Assembly: GCF_001194135.2 (NCBI RefSeq)
Contig: NC_068986.1
Location: 93,315,453 to 93,365,957, forward strand
Source: Octopus bimaculoides
Lineage: Eukaryota
DNA length: 50,505 nt
Direction of reading: 5' to 3'
Within the stretch, counting starts at the first letter, position 1, and every line of letters starts with the position of its first letter. Positions 33,814 through 45,043 of the stretch are shown here, piece after piece. A program made the position numbers and the translations under genes. The notes beneath the pieces are model-generated. The model did no database searches. It saw only the letters and a list, made by a program, of their open reading frames with translations, and had not been told where the DNA came from.

Positions 33814-34200
33814 CTTTTACTTGTTTCAGTCATTAAACTGCGGCCATGCTGGAGAAACCGCCACGGAGGGTTTTAATCGAACAGCTTGACCCTGGTACTT
33901 ATGTTTTCCCGTTTCTTTTTAATCTAGTAATTCTGCTATCGGTCTCTTTTGCCGAACCATTAGGTTACGGGAACATGAAGAAAACAACACTGATTGTCAA
34001 ATGGGAAGTGTATGAAAAACGAATACACACACACACAAGCAGCGTCCTTCCACACAGCTTCCGTTTCCGTCTACGAAATGCCCTCACATGGCATTGTTCA
34101 GCCTGAGGCTATAGGGATGGAGACTTGCTAAAGTGCCACGCTATAAAACTGATCTGAAATTACATGGTTGCAAAGTGAGCTTCTATAACCACGCAGCCAT
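33814..34200 (-). mobile_element. SINE family A, diverged full-length copy (partial copy at about 33670-33780)
   Basis: cttttacttgtttcagtcatt...gcggccatgctggag...ctatcggtctcttttgccgaacc...accacgcagcc. Confidence 0.75.
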
Positions 34201-34899
34201 AAAAAGACAAATTCCTTAGCTCTCCACATTCCGCTCTCAGCTCTGATGAAAGTTTCGTTGCTGAATCTTGGCACAAACTTTCACCTCAATCAAAAATATT
34301 ACAGTAACATTAAAAGATCGCACTTAAATTACTCTGTCTTTCTCTTTCTCTCGAGTCTTACTGATAAACCTGTCATAACAACTGACGTCAAAAAGGCAAC
34401 AATTCATCGATACAAACAAAACAAAACCTTATTTAACACAAACCAGAAACTACCTCTCCATGAACTGACAATAATAAAGAGAAATATAATTTGAAAATAT
34501 ATGTGGAACGTGTTTGATGTTGTAGACAAAGACAAATGTACTTCAAAAATATTATTCTATTTTCCGACGTACATGTCGTACACGTATATAGTGTAAATAT
34601 CTAGAGTAAACATTCAAAACTCATTATCTTTCCAAGTCCAGCTGCTTTTCACAGGGAAGTTTTGGTTCTTCAAAGTTGCCTTGGTGTAAAAGTCAACCTA
34701 CCTCTTTGGCTGTAGATTTTGGTCTGAAAAATTCAACTTGTATGCCAGAAAATATTTCAAGTTAGAAAAGATATAGAATATTCAGCGTCTTGTAAATAAG
34801 TTGAGACAACTTTTACGAGGCATAAAACTGGTTATAAATACTAAAATAATGGTAGTAGACAGATATAATGTTAATGTACCATTTATTACAACAAAATCA

Positions 34900-35624
34900 T
34901 TTATCACTCAAAATGATCGCCCTTTTGAGCAATTATAACCTCAACACGAGAATGATTTTCTTTTATTTTTTTTTGCAGCTGACGCAACCTCCGCCTTTTA
35001 ATTTTGTATNNNNNNNNNNCGTTTGTCCTTGCTTGAATACGCCCCATAAAAAGTAATCGAGAAGGTTGAGATCTGGGCTATTACTGGGCCAGATGTTGGC
35101 TCTCACAAAAAATGGAACCTTCTCACCAAAGAAAGCCTGTGTTGCTTTTGGCCCACGGCATGATGCAGAATCCTGGATAAACACCACATTGTCAAGCCCA
35201 AATTTCTGTTCCATCCAAAGTAACAGAATTCCTCAGGTTGCCCAGTTACTCCTTTGTGCCGATCTTCATGCCGGACTCAATGAAGTGTGGATCAATGACA
35301 CTTCAATCACTCGTCACGGCTCCAAATACCATCACAGAGGCAGGATTCTTTGTCTCAAACACAGGGGAGTTATATACTATCACTGAAGAATTTCTGCGAT
35401 TCACCTCAGCGTCCAAAGAAACTTCTCGTCCACAAACACGAGAGTTTATTCTGAACCTTCATGTTTGATGAATGACAGAAGCTTTGGGCATCTCTCGGCT
35501 TTGATTGCTTTGGTCTTGGCTGTTAGGAGGTAACGGCGTCGTCGAACATAGCTAGTCATGCCAATGTACTTGTTCACAGCTCTGGACACCATGGAAAGGA
35601 ACACATTGCGTTTCTTTGCAAGAG
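34900..35624 (-). mobile_element. IS630-Tc1-mariner transposase relic, DD37D (maT-type) spacing
   Basis: LVFVDEKF (first D at about 35429); FIQD...WPSNSPDLNLLDYFLWG with exactly 37 residues between the second and third Asp; upstream MTSYVRRRRYLLTAKTKAIKAERC; frameshifted. Confidence 0.85.
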
Positions 35625-35811
35625 TTGTCATTTCCTCAGTGAGGCCTAGCAGCCAAAGATGCTTTCTCACCATTTTGTCACACGTCTCCCTGAGTCTACC
35701 CCTTCCACAGGTACCCTCCACAATTAGAGCTCGGCACTTCATACACTTATGTTTATTTTAATCCGCCCCCCACCTACGGATGCTCTATATATCATAACTA
35801 GTAACACCACT
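35625..35811 (-). repeat. Inverted duplicate of 37852-38034 (RTE 3'-ORF piece plus about 55 bp of its flank)
   Basis: About 90% identical by manual alignment, including the non-LINE flank agtggtgttactagttatgatata. Confidence 0.88.
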
Positions 35812-36165
35812 GGAGGTGCAATGGCCCAGTGGTTAGGGCAGCGGACTCGCGGTTTCGATTCCCAGACCGGTCGTTGTGAGTGTTTATTGAGCGAAAGCAC
35901 CTAAAGCTCCACGTGGCTCTGGCAGGGGATGGTGGCGAACCCTACTGTACTCTTTCACCACAACTTTCTCTCATTCTTACTTCCTGTTTCTGTTGTGCCT
36001 GTAATTCAAAGGGTCAGCCTTGTCACGCTAAATATCCCCAAGAACTACGTTAAGGGTACACGTGTCTGTGGAGTGCTCAGCCACTTGCACGTTAATTTCA
36101 TGAGCAGGCTGTTCCGTTGATCAGATCAACTGGAACCCTCGACGTCGTAAGCGACGGAGTGCCAA
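35811..36165 (+). mobile_element. SINE family B, full length, 14-bp deletion in the head
   Basis: Colinear with 25623-25998. Confidence 0.9.
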
Positions 36166-36178
36166 CCACCAACCACTT

Positions 36179-36510
36179 ATGCTTTCATACACAAATGAAA
36201 TATGGCTTTCTTCGAAGAAAGAAGAACATCGATTGGCTGCAATGCAAAGTGCTATGTATAGATCCATGCTAAAAGCATATCTGAAATGGAGTAATTCAAG
36301 AACGGAGCGAAATATCGGAAGTACAAGTTCCGTTGGGTTTGTAAGGTTCACCCGTGTAGTTGTCTAGTGGTACCGAAGGGATCGGAAAAAGCCACTTAAA
36401 AGGCCTCCACAACGATGGGAAGACGATTTAGTTAAACAATTTTGGCCAAGATCGAAAAGAATCGCACAATCAAGAAAGAATTGGAAACGTATTGTGACCA
36501 GCGTTATGTA
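36179..36510 (+). mobile_element. Second RTE-clade LINE lineage, C-terminal relic
   Basis: SYTNEIWLSSKKEEHRLAAMQSAMYRSML...VV*WYRRDRKKPLKRPPQRWEDDLVKQF...IAQSRKNW in one frame; resembles RTE 'YGSETW...QRAMERSM...EW.PR..KR..GRP..RW.DDL'. Confidence 0.7.
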
Positions 36511-37419
36511 ACATCTGATAGTCCAGTCTTGTTCACACAGATATAATGATATACATACATACATTCTAATGTGTGTGTGTGTGTGTGAGTGAAAGAGAGA
36601 GAGAGAGAGAGAGAGAGAGAAGTGTGTGAGTATAAATGATCTGATACTAGCGGGTCATTAGATATCGGCTGATGTATACAAGGGAGACAACTATGCAAAT
36701 GTTATGAAAAAAGGTATGTTAATTGAAGATATTATCAGTGGATATATATAAAGAGTGACGTTAGCTCTCAGGATGCTGAAGACTGACCCCCTACAAATGA
36801 GATGCTAATAGATTGTGATGAGTTGTTAATAACGCCTGATTTAGGAAAACGTGGAAACATCGCTTATTTGAAATGTTGATAATGATTGATTTGTTCTCTC
36901 AAGTAACATCTGGTTGAGCTGTCTTATGATGATGATGATGATAATAATAATGATGATGATGATGATGATAATGATGATGACAATAATGATTATGATGATA
37001 AATGCGAAGAACCTGCTTTATAGATCCTAAACTACATGTACGTCTTCAGTGTATTTTTAACGTATTTTTTTTTGGTCTAAGGGAAGCAACTCTTTGAAGG
37101 CTACATGTAAAAGTTACCGCTGTCCAAACAAACAATTCTGCAGTTTTTAGATTTAAAAACATTGGTAAGTATAATTGTGTTACATATGTGGTATATAGCT
37201 TACTTCTGGCAGAATCGTTAGCACGCTAGAAAAATGTTTTTGTGGTATTTCGTCTGTCTCACGTTCTGAGTTCAAATGAGTTGAATAGCCACTGCATGGC
37301 AGCCCATTTTTCTTTGAGTAGAAGAGATGGTAGATAGGGTTAATATCATAAAATTAACAGAAATCCACAATTAATATGAATTTAATATAATTGTTTTATT
37401 TGGGTGCCACATTTAAACC

Positions 37420-37700
37420 TTTATTCTGTTTCCAAGAACATCGAGTTAGTCAATACATTTTGAAAATGTTCCGTCTATCCTTCACACATTGTTTCATCGT
37501 CTGTGATGTGTACCTTTCCACCTGTTGTGAGAATGGGAAAAACATCCATGCAAATTCAGTTGTAAATCAGATTACAAAAAATTCTTAATGCATTTGTGAC
37601 TTCACAGACCTTTCTTCAAGTCAGTTGTTTTTCATGAGCCTTATTTTGTGTCGGAAGATCATTGAGCATCAGGTTTTTTTTACTGTGATTTAGAGTCTCA
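37420..37700 (-). mobile_element. Possible RTE endonuclease-RT linker relic
   Basis: PILTTGGKVHITDDETMCEG*TEHFQNVLT resembles RTE 'PL...DG..LITD...L.RW.EHF..VLN'. Confidence 0.3.
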
Positions 37701-37904
37701 GCTGATCATCTTAACTTATTTTCCTCTTGTACACACACAACTGATGTGTGTAGAGTTAGATGTGCAACGTCTGTTGTATGAGTCAGAACTCCACATAGAT
37801 TAACATCATTCAGTCAGCTTCCAGTGTAATGGTTAGTCAACTACTGGGCTTAGTGGTGTTACTAGTTATGATATACAGAGCATCTGTAGGGGGAAGATTA
37901 AAAT

Positions 37905-38343
37905 AAACACAAGTGTATGAAGTGTTGAGCTCTAATTGTGGAGGGTACCTGTGGAAGGGGTACGCCTAGGGAGACATGGGACAAAATGGTGAGAAAGCAT
38001 CTTTGGCTGCTAGGCCTCACTGAGGAAATGACAAGGGACTGGCAGAGGTGGTGATTTGCTGTACTTGAGGAGACATGTCAAGCTAAGTAAAACTGCTGTC
38101 TTCCACACATACAGACTTGTCCTTCAGGTGCTGGTGCCACTTAATGAAGCAACTGTGCTGGTGGCACATAAAAAGCACCCTTCACATTCTGCTAAGTGGT
38201 TGGTGTAAGGAAGGGCATCCAGCCATAGAAACCATGCCATAACAAACAATCAGGGTGTGGGCAGCTCTCAGCAGGCCAGCTCCATGTCAAACCGTTCAAC
38301 CCATGCCAGCATGGAAAGAGGATGCTACACGATGATGATGATA
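37905..38343 (+). mobile_element. 5'-truncated RTE LINE: ORF end, 3' UTR and (GAT)n tail
   Basis: EGTCGRGTPRETWDKMVRKHLWLLGLTEEMT, then ggcacataaaaagcacc...ggaagggcatccagcc...acgatgatgatgat. Confidence 0.85.
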
Positions 38344-38679
38344 AGTATAAATTATTAATTCCTACATACATTTCACCATTGCAGCAGTTATTTGGAAGTC
38401 AACATTGGATGTGCCAAATCATTCAGATCCCTAACTGCAAGGGATCATCAGTGGAAGAGATCAAATATCTGATGTCAGGTACATAACACGCTAATTTAAT
38501 AGTCTATATATAATGAGTTTCATAGCAATATGTTTAACAGTGAAAGGATCCCTTAGTATTCTACAGTTAAGGATAAGACAATCTCTCATATGATGGTGCC
38601 ATGAAAAAATGCAGCCACTAGACCCTGTAAAGGGGTTGGTGTTAAAAAGGGCACCCATGCTATTGAAATCAACCATCAT

Positions 38680-39858
38680 GTGGAAATTAAACAAGGACGG
38701 TTCTGCTCGATCTGTAGAAAAGGCATAGGTAGAAACTCCCTAAGATGTACCCAGTGTAAGCTATGGACACATAAAAGGTGCAGCAATATCAAAGGAAGAA
38801 TAACCAGGAAGATAGTTTTTGTGTGTGGCAGATGCACCAGGGCAATAAACACTGAAGATGTACAGAAAATGGATTCCATCACATGCCAGGGGAAAAAACT
38901 AGAAGCAGTTGTTAGCTTCCGCTACCTAGGCAACCAAGTCTGTAGTGAGGGTGGATGCTCTGAGAGTGTAGCTGCTAGAATAAGAATAGCCTGGGCAAAG
39001 TTCAGAGAGCTCCTATCTCTGCTGGCATCTAAGGGCCTTTTACTCAGGGTGAAAGGTAAACTGTATGATGCATGTGTGCAAACTGCCATGCTACATGGTA
39101 GTGAAACATGGGCCAGGATTGCTGAGGACATGCGTAGGCTTGAAAGAAATGAAATTAGTATGACCCGCTGGATGTGTAATGTCAGTGTGCATACACAACA
39201 GAATGTAAGTGCTCTGAGAGAAAAGTTGGACATAAGAAGCATCAAATGTGGGGTGCAAGAGAGACTGCACTGATATGGTCATGTGTTACGTGTGGATGAA
39301 GACAGCTGTGTGAGGAAGAACCACACCCTAACAGTGAAAAGAACTTGTAGAAGAGGTAGATCCAGGAAGACATGGAAAGAGGTGGTGAAGGATGACCTTT
39401 GAATGTTGGGCTTCACAGAGGCAATGCCAAAAGACCAAAACCTTTGGAGATATGCTGTGGCAAGTAAAGTGAGATCATAGCCATGGCCGATGCTAGTGTT
39501 GCATGATCAGCCCATTTAAAAGTACTCTTGAAGCGGTGGATGATATGATATGCTTGAGAAGATCTGTTGAATCAAGTAAAATTGAAATTGTAGCCATGGC
39601 TAGTGCTGCCTGACTGGCTTCCATGCCGATGGTATGCAAAATGCACCATCCGAATGTGGTTGATGCCAGTGCCCCTGACTGGCTCCCGTGCTGGTGGCAT
39701 ATAGAAAGCACCCACTACACTCTTGGAGTGGTTGGCTTTAGGAAGGGCATTCAGCTGTTGAAACATTACCAGATCAGACTGGAGCCTAGTGCAGCCCACT
39801 GGCCTGCCAGACCTCAGTCAAACCATCCAACCCATGCCAAACGATGATGATGATGATT
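38680..39858 (+). mobile_element. RTE-clade LINE 3' portion: C4HC3 finger, RT C-terminus, 3' UTR and (GAT)n tail; inactivated
   Basis: CSIC-x10-CTQC-x4-H-x2-C-x14-CGRC (38704-38835), then SFRYLG...RIRIAWAKFREL...LYDACVQTAMLHGSETW...; in-frame TGA at 39271 (W expected) and a second TGA; frame continues YGHVLR...RRGRSRKTW to about 39480. Confidence 0.93.
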
Positions 39859-40472
39859 TGGAGGAGGAGTAGGAGGGGATGCCAATAATAATGATGATGA
39901 TCATGATGTGTGTGTTTGACATAACCTTTCAATATCTCCAGTTGTATTCTCTGCCTAGGTTAGGAACTGAACTAAGAATCTTTATTTTACCAACTATAGC
40001 TGACATTTTAATCATTAGCCTATTATTCTGGAAAGCCACAGTATTATCATTTTAAAGTACTTAAGCATTTGAATGATATCTTTTGAGTTACATTGTATTT
40101 TCCCCTCCTTTCTGTTAGGAGGTACCAAGCATGTTCACACACATATACACACACAACAAGAACTTTTGCCTACCACATTCAATCACAAGACTTCAGCTGG
40201 ACCCAAGCAGTGGGACTGAACCCAAAACCATGTGGTTGAGAAGTAAGCTTCCTAACCACACAGCCATGTTCCAACGATTAAATACCCTAAGGTCACAACA
40301 CTATTATCATCCGTCAGGCAACAGGCAACAATAATCAAAACACCTCAGGTGTTCTGACTCAGGCCTAAGGTGGCAAAATAAAGAATTAATGTTCAATGCC
40401 AGGCCAATCAAAAGAATATCACCTGTAGACATCTAATTCAAGGTAAGCGTCAAAAAAACAAAAGAAACAAGC

Positions 40473-40636
40473 AGGCATAGGAGTGGCTGTGTGGTAAGTA
40501 GCTTGCTTACCAACCACATGGTTCTGGGTTCAGTCCCACTGCGTGGCACCTTGGGCAAGTGTCTTCTACTATAGCCTCGGGCCGACCAAAGCCTTGTGAG
40601 TGGATTTGGTAGACGGACACTGAAAGAAGCCCGTCG

Positions 40637-40689
<53 letters not shown>

Positions 40690-40903
40690 GTGTTTGTGTG
40701 TCTGTGTTTGTCCCCCTAACATCATTTGACAACCGATGCTGGTGTATTTACATCCCCGTAACTTAGCAGTTCGGCAAAAAGAGAATGATAGAATAAGTAC
40801 TAGGCTTACAAAGAATAAGCCCTGGGGACGATTTGCTCAACTAAAGGTGGTGCTCCAGCATAGCCGCAATCAAATGGTTGAAACAAGTAAAAGAGAGTAA
40901 AAA
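40473..40903 (+). mobile_element. SINE family A, full length (degenerate head on - at about 40160-40268)
   Basis: Colinear with 22498-22890. Confidence 0.9.
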
Positions 40904-41094
40904 AGTATGAGCATTTAAACTGGTTGCTAAAGTTCAAAATGTCATTTGCAGTGCAGATGTAATTTTAATTAACTGAGAATATATGTTGTATGGTGTGTGA
41001 TATACATGTATTTGTCTATGTTGTCCAAATACATGCCACTGGCCACTCTAAATTATTTCTCTTAGTCCAGTTTTGCTTGAATATGCTGCTTCCT

Positions 41095-41595
41095 TGCATG
41101 TGCAAAGACATTCAAGCAAGGTCGTTGCCAGTTCCGCTGGACTGGCTCCAGTGCAGGTGGCACGTAAAATACACCATTTTGAGCGTGGCTGTTGCCAGTA
41201 CTGCCGGACTGGCCCTTGTGCCGGTGGCATGTAAAAGCACCCACTACACTCTCGGAGTGGTTGGCATTAGGAAGGGCATCCAGCTGTAGGAACTCTGCCA
41301 AATCAGATTGGAGCCTGGTGTAGCCATCTGGTTTCACCAGTCCTCAGTCAAATCGTCCAACCCATGCTAGCATGGAAAGTGGACGTTAAACGATGATGAT
41401 GATGATGCTGGTGCCAAATAAGCATCCAGTCCACACTGTGAAATGGTTGGCATTTGGAAGAGCATCCAGCTGTAAAAACCATGCCAAAATAGACAACGTA
41501 GCCTGGGGTAGTCTTCTACTCGGCCAGCTCCTGTCAAACCACCCAACTTATGCCAGCATGGAAGGGGGACGTTAAACGATGATGATGATAATGAT
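41095..41595 (+). mobile_element. Two tandem RTE 3'-UTR copies, each ending in (GAT)n
   Basis: ...catggaaagtggacgttaaacgatgatgat at about 41370-41408 and ...ggggacgttaaacgatgatgat at about 41565-41595. Confidence 0.85.
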
Positions 41596-42007
41596 GCAAA
41601 TTACCAAGGCCAAAAATGTGTTCAACTTGTTTTTGTATATGTCTGACTGCCTGGGCTATTGGAGATGAAGTAGGATAACTGTTGTGTTGATGATGCCTAT
41701 TGAGGCTGTGGTTGTCATCTTATTTCCAAGCAGCATCTATTGGTTTCCATAACGGCATGTCAGCTTTAGAGAATTATTGATTCTTGACATTATCTCCCTG
41801 TCTTCTATAGAGGTGTTCTGAAGTGCCATTAGGCAATTGTGATACATCCTCGGAGGTGGAGATAATTTCAATAAACCAAAAAGTATGCTGTATACTATTT
41901 GATGTACTTGTATCAGTCTGTCAGTCTCTTTCTCTGTCCGTCCGTCCGTCCATCTGTCTGTCCATTCATCCATCTATCCGTCCATCCATCCATCTAAATA
42001 GAGTGAT

Positions 42008-42432
42008 AGGTGCAGATGTGGTTGTGCAGTGAGAAGTTTGCTTTTAAACTACATAGTTCTGGGTTCAATCCCGCAGTGTGGTACCTAGAGCAAGTGCCTT
42101 CTCCTATAGCCCCAGGCTGACTAAAGCCTTGGCAGTGGATTTGGTAGATGAAAACTGAAAAAAGCCTCTTGTGTACATATGTGAGTGTTTGAGTGTGTAT
42201 GTGTTTGTGTCTCCTTGTTTTGACACTGTGTAATAGTTGTAAATGATTGTCACTGCCATACAAGCAGTGTCATTCACTTCAAACCTTCTGTGAGAAAATG
42301 TCTGTCCATAGGAAAATATTACCATGCTTGGAAACAGGTGAGGGTTGGTGACAAAAAGGGCATCAAGCTGAAGAAAATCTGCCTCAATAGACTCTGTCTG
42401 ATCCATGCAAGCATGAAAAAGTGGATATTAAG
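42008..42432 (+). mobile_element. SINE family A variant with RTE-type tail
   Basis: Family A head (gggttcaatccc), GT repeat, body as at 4258-4870, tail catgcaagcatgaaaaagtggatattaag. Confidence 0.75.
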
Positions 42433-42449
42433 TGAAGATGAGCCAGCCC

Positions 42450-42907
42450 ACTTATGCGTACCTTTCCTTCATTGGACACTAAACTCCACTTGCAAAGACC
42501 TGTTGAGGCAAGTGAAATCGAAATCGAACTAAATTCAACAACTGGCACTCATGCCAATGTCGTCTCCTTCATTGGACATGAAACTTGACTTGTGAAGACC
42601 TGTTGGGGCAAGCGAAAGCGAAATCGTGATGGCACCTGTGCCCAACGTCGCCTTCCTAGCACCTGTAAAGACATTCGAGCGAGATCACTGCCAGTGCTGC
42701 TAGACTGGCTCCTGTGCTGGTGGCACGTAAAATACACCATTTTGAGCGTGACCGTTGCCAGTACTGCCTGACTGGCCTTCGTGCCAGTGACACGTAAAAG
42801 CACCCACTACACTCTCAGAGTGGTTGGCGTTAGGAAGGACATCCAGCTGTAGAAACTCTGCCAAATCAGATTGGAGCCTGGTGTAGCCATCTGGTTCACC
42901 AGTCTTC
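42450..42907 (+). mobile_element. RTE LINE 3' UTR with an internal ~100-bp tandem duplication; runs into a gap
   Basis: ccttcattggaca...aaact...aagacctgttg.ggcaag twice, then ggcacgtaaaatacaccattttgagcgtg...; near-identical to 41100-41345 and 46705-46896. Confidence 0.85.
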
Positions 42908-43714
42908 NNNNNNNNNNNNNNNNNNNNNNNNNNNNNNNNNNNNNNNNNNNNNNNNNNNNNNNNNNNNNNNNNNNNNNNNNNNNNNNNNNNNNNNNNNNNN
43001 NNNNNNNNNNNNNNNNNNNNNNNNNNNNNNNNNNNNNNNNNNNNNNNNNNNNNNNNNNNNNNNNNNNNNNNNNNNNNNNNNNNNNNNNNNNNNNNNNNNN
43101 NNNNNNNNNNNNNNNNNNNNNNNNNNNNNNNNNNNNNNNNNNNNNNNNNNNNNNNNNNNNNNNNNNNNNNNNNNNNNNNNNNNNNNNNNNNNNNNNNNNN
43201 NNNNNNNNNNNNNNNNNNNNNNNNNNNNNNNNNNNNNNNNNNNNNNNNNNNNNNNNNNNNNNNNNNNNNNNNNNNNNNNNNNNNNNNNNNNNNNNNNNNN
43301 NNNNNNNNNNNNNNNNNNNNNNNNNNNNNNNNNNNNNNNNNNNNNNNNNNNNNNNNNNNNNNNNNNNNNNNNNNNNNNNNNNNNNNNNNNNNNNNNNNNN
43401 NNNNNNNNNNNNNNNNNNNNNNNNNNNNNNNNNNNNNNNNNNNNNNNNNNNNNNNTTAGAGAGAAAAACAAAGAAAATGTCTGTAAAAAATATTGAATCA
43501 AAATTCCACTTTTTCTTAGAATTGGAAGCTTGGTGAAATAATATATATATGTATAATGTCAGAGTAACAGATCAACAACTTAGTCAGCTATACTTATTCT
43601 CCCTTCTGGCTGTTGTGTACAAGCAGTCAGCCCCAAGAAAGAGCAGGTAGTGTTCGTTTTAATCTTACTTTTACATTTGTTAATTGGTCCTTAAATACTT
43701 AATATCACCAAATA

Positions 43715-44452
43715 CTAGAGTTTACCTTCATTGTGTATTCGTTCATGGAATGCTAAAACATTTTTGTGTGAGAATGTCTTATCACAGATTTGGCATTGGT
43801 AAGGTTTATTGTTGATATGAATCCATCTGTGCTCAATTAAGCTACTCTTACGGGAGAAAACTTTGCTGCAGTCTTTACAATTGAAAGACTTCACCCCTGC
43901 ATGCATCTTTCTATGCCGTGTCAGGTGACCATTCTGTGAGAAAGTTTTATCACAAATTTCACAGAAGTACGGCTTCTCTCCAGTGTGTATGCGTCTGTGA
44001 CGGGACAAAGAGTTGTCAACTGAGAAGGATTTGCCACAGATTTCACATTGGTATGGTTTCTCGTGAGTGTGGATTCTCTTGTGTCGGACCAAGTGGATGT
44101 TTTGCGAGAACGTCTTACCACAGATGTCACAGAAATAGGGTTTCTCTCCAGTGTGAATGCGTCGGTGACGAAACAACGAACTGTTTACAGAGAAATTCTT
44201 GCCACAAATCTCGCAGGGGTATGGTTTCTCACCTGTGTGAACCCGAACATGTTTAAACAGGTCGTTGTTTCGAGAAAAGGTCTTGCCACAGATTTCACAA
44301 TGGAACCATTTCTTCTTAGAAAGAATTGACTTTTCTTTTGACGCCAAACCATCTGAAGAGAATATTTCATTGTGCAATTTATTCTTGTCATTGTCTTCTT
44401 GTTCGGAATGCATTTTATTGTGTTTAAATTCAATTTTCTGACCATACAACAT
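43715..44452 (-). CDS. C2H2 zinc-finger protein, seven tandem fingers, no recognisable effector domain (245 aa from ATG 44452; may have upstream exons)
   Basis: Intact ORF with seven C-x2-C-x3-F-x5-L-x2-H-x3-H units and TGEKP-type linkers; TAG at 43715-43717; gccATG at 44452 just after a candidate acceptor ttgtacAG (exon start 44456). The ORF-track start at 44464 is TTG. Confidence 0.93.
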   Translation of the reverse strand: MLYGQKIEFKHNKMHSEQEDNDKNKLHNEIFSSDGLASKEKSILSKKKWFHCEICGKTFSRNNDLFKHVRVHTGEKPYPCEICGKNFSVNSSLFRHRRIHTGEKPYFCDICGKTFSQNIHLVRHKRIHTHEKPYQCEICGKSFSVDNSLSRHRRIHTGEKPYFCEICDKTFSQNGHLTRHRKMHAGVKSFNCKDCSKVFSRKSSLIEHRWIHINNKPYQCQICDKTFSHKNVLAFHERIHNEGKL

Positions 44453-44677
44453 GGCTCTGTACAATACAATGTCTTTCTATGAATTTTTTTGTTTTTAACA
44501 AATAGGAAAAAATAATGAACAGAGTATTTCTATTTCTTCCTTATTTTTTTAGATGAAGTGCAACAGTGAGCAAATTACAGGTGAATTTGGTAAAAACCTT
44601 TGATGTTATTTAGGGCAGGAAGAATCAAAGGAAAGAATAAATAGGGGTGTGAGTGTGTGTCTGCTTTAAAAAGTGAA

Positions 44678-44900
44678 TGATTGTGGCCCTGTGGTTAGGG
44701 CGTTGCACTCATGATGGCAAGATTGTGGTCTTGATTCTTGGACTGGGTAGTGTGGTATGTTCTGGAGCAACACACTTCAATTCCCATTGCTCCAGTGTCT
44801 GCTCAGTGTCTACTGGCATCTCATTCGGAATGTTGTGATTTTGGTCATTAAAATATCATGGGAATTGGGTAAACTGGCCTTATGAGTTCCAGGACTCAAG
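44678..44900 (+). mobile_element. SINE family D, degenerate
   Basis: tggccctgtggttagggcgttgcactcatg...ttctggagcaacacactt...ttgctccagt...ggtaaactggccttatgag. Confidence 0.6.
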
Positions 44901-44999
44901 ACAATGCTCACTTTACTGCTTTAAATAGTTCATAAACTCTATCACTGAATTACAATTATATCAACATACAGACAAAGAGCTAATAACACAGACACATGC

Positions 45000-45043
<44 letters not shown>

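Larger units (their letters stand above)
3219..43455. other. Assembly gaps (N runs), not one continuous feature
   Basis: 3219-3228, 7259-7943, 9046-9226, 13053-13703, 18311-18936, 19631-19640, 20529-20901, 28001-28413, 29998-30886, 32503-33028, 35010-35019, 42908-43455; most are flanked by microsatellites or repeats. Confidence 0.98.

Noticed and set aside
34383-34390. Perfect CRE palindrome TGACGTCA
   Set aside because: About one 8-mer is expected by chance in 50 kb, and no linked transcription start is evident
7179-43536. Long ORFs of 150-520 aa in the supplied track (e.g. 7179-8034, 12829-13863, 17928-19502, 27849-28604, 29833-31135, 32334-33103, 42871-43536)
   Set aside because: They are open only because they run through N gaps (poly-X)
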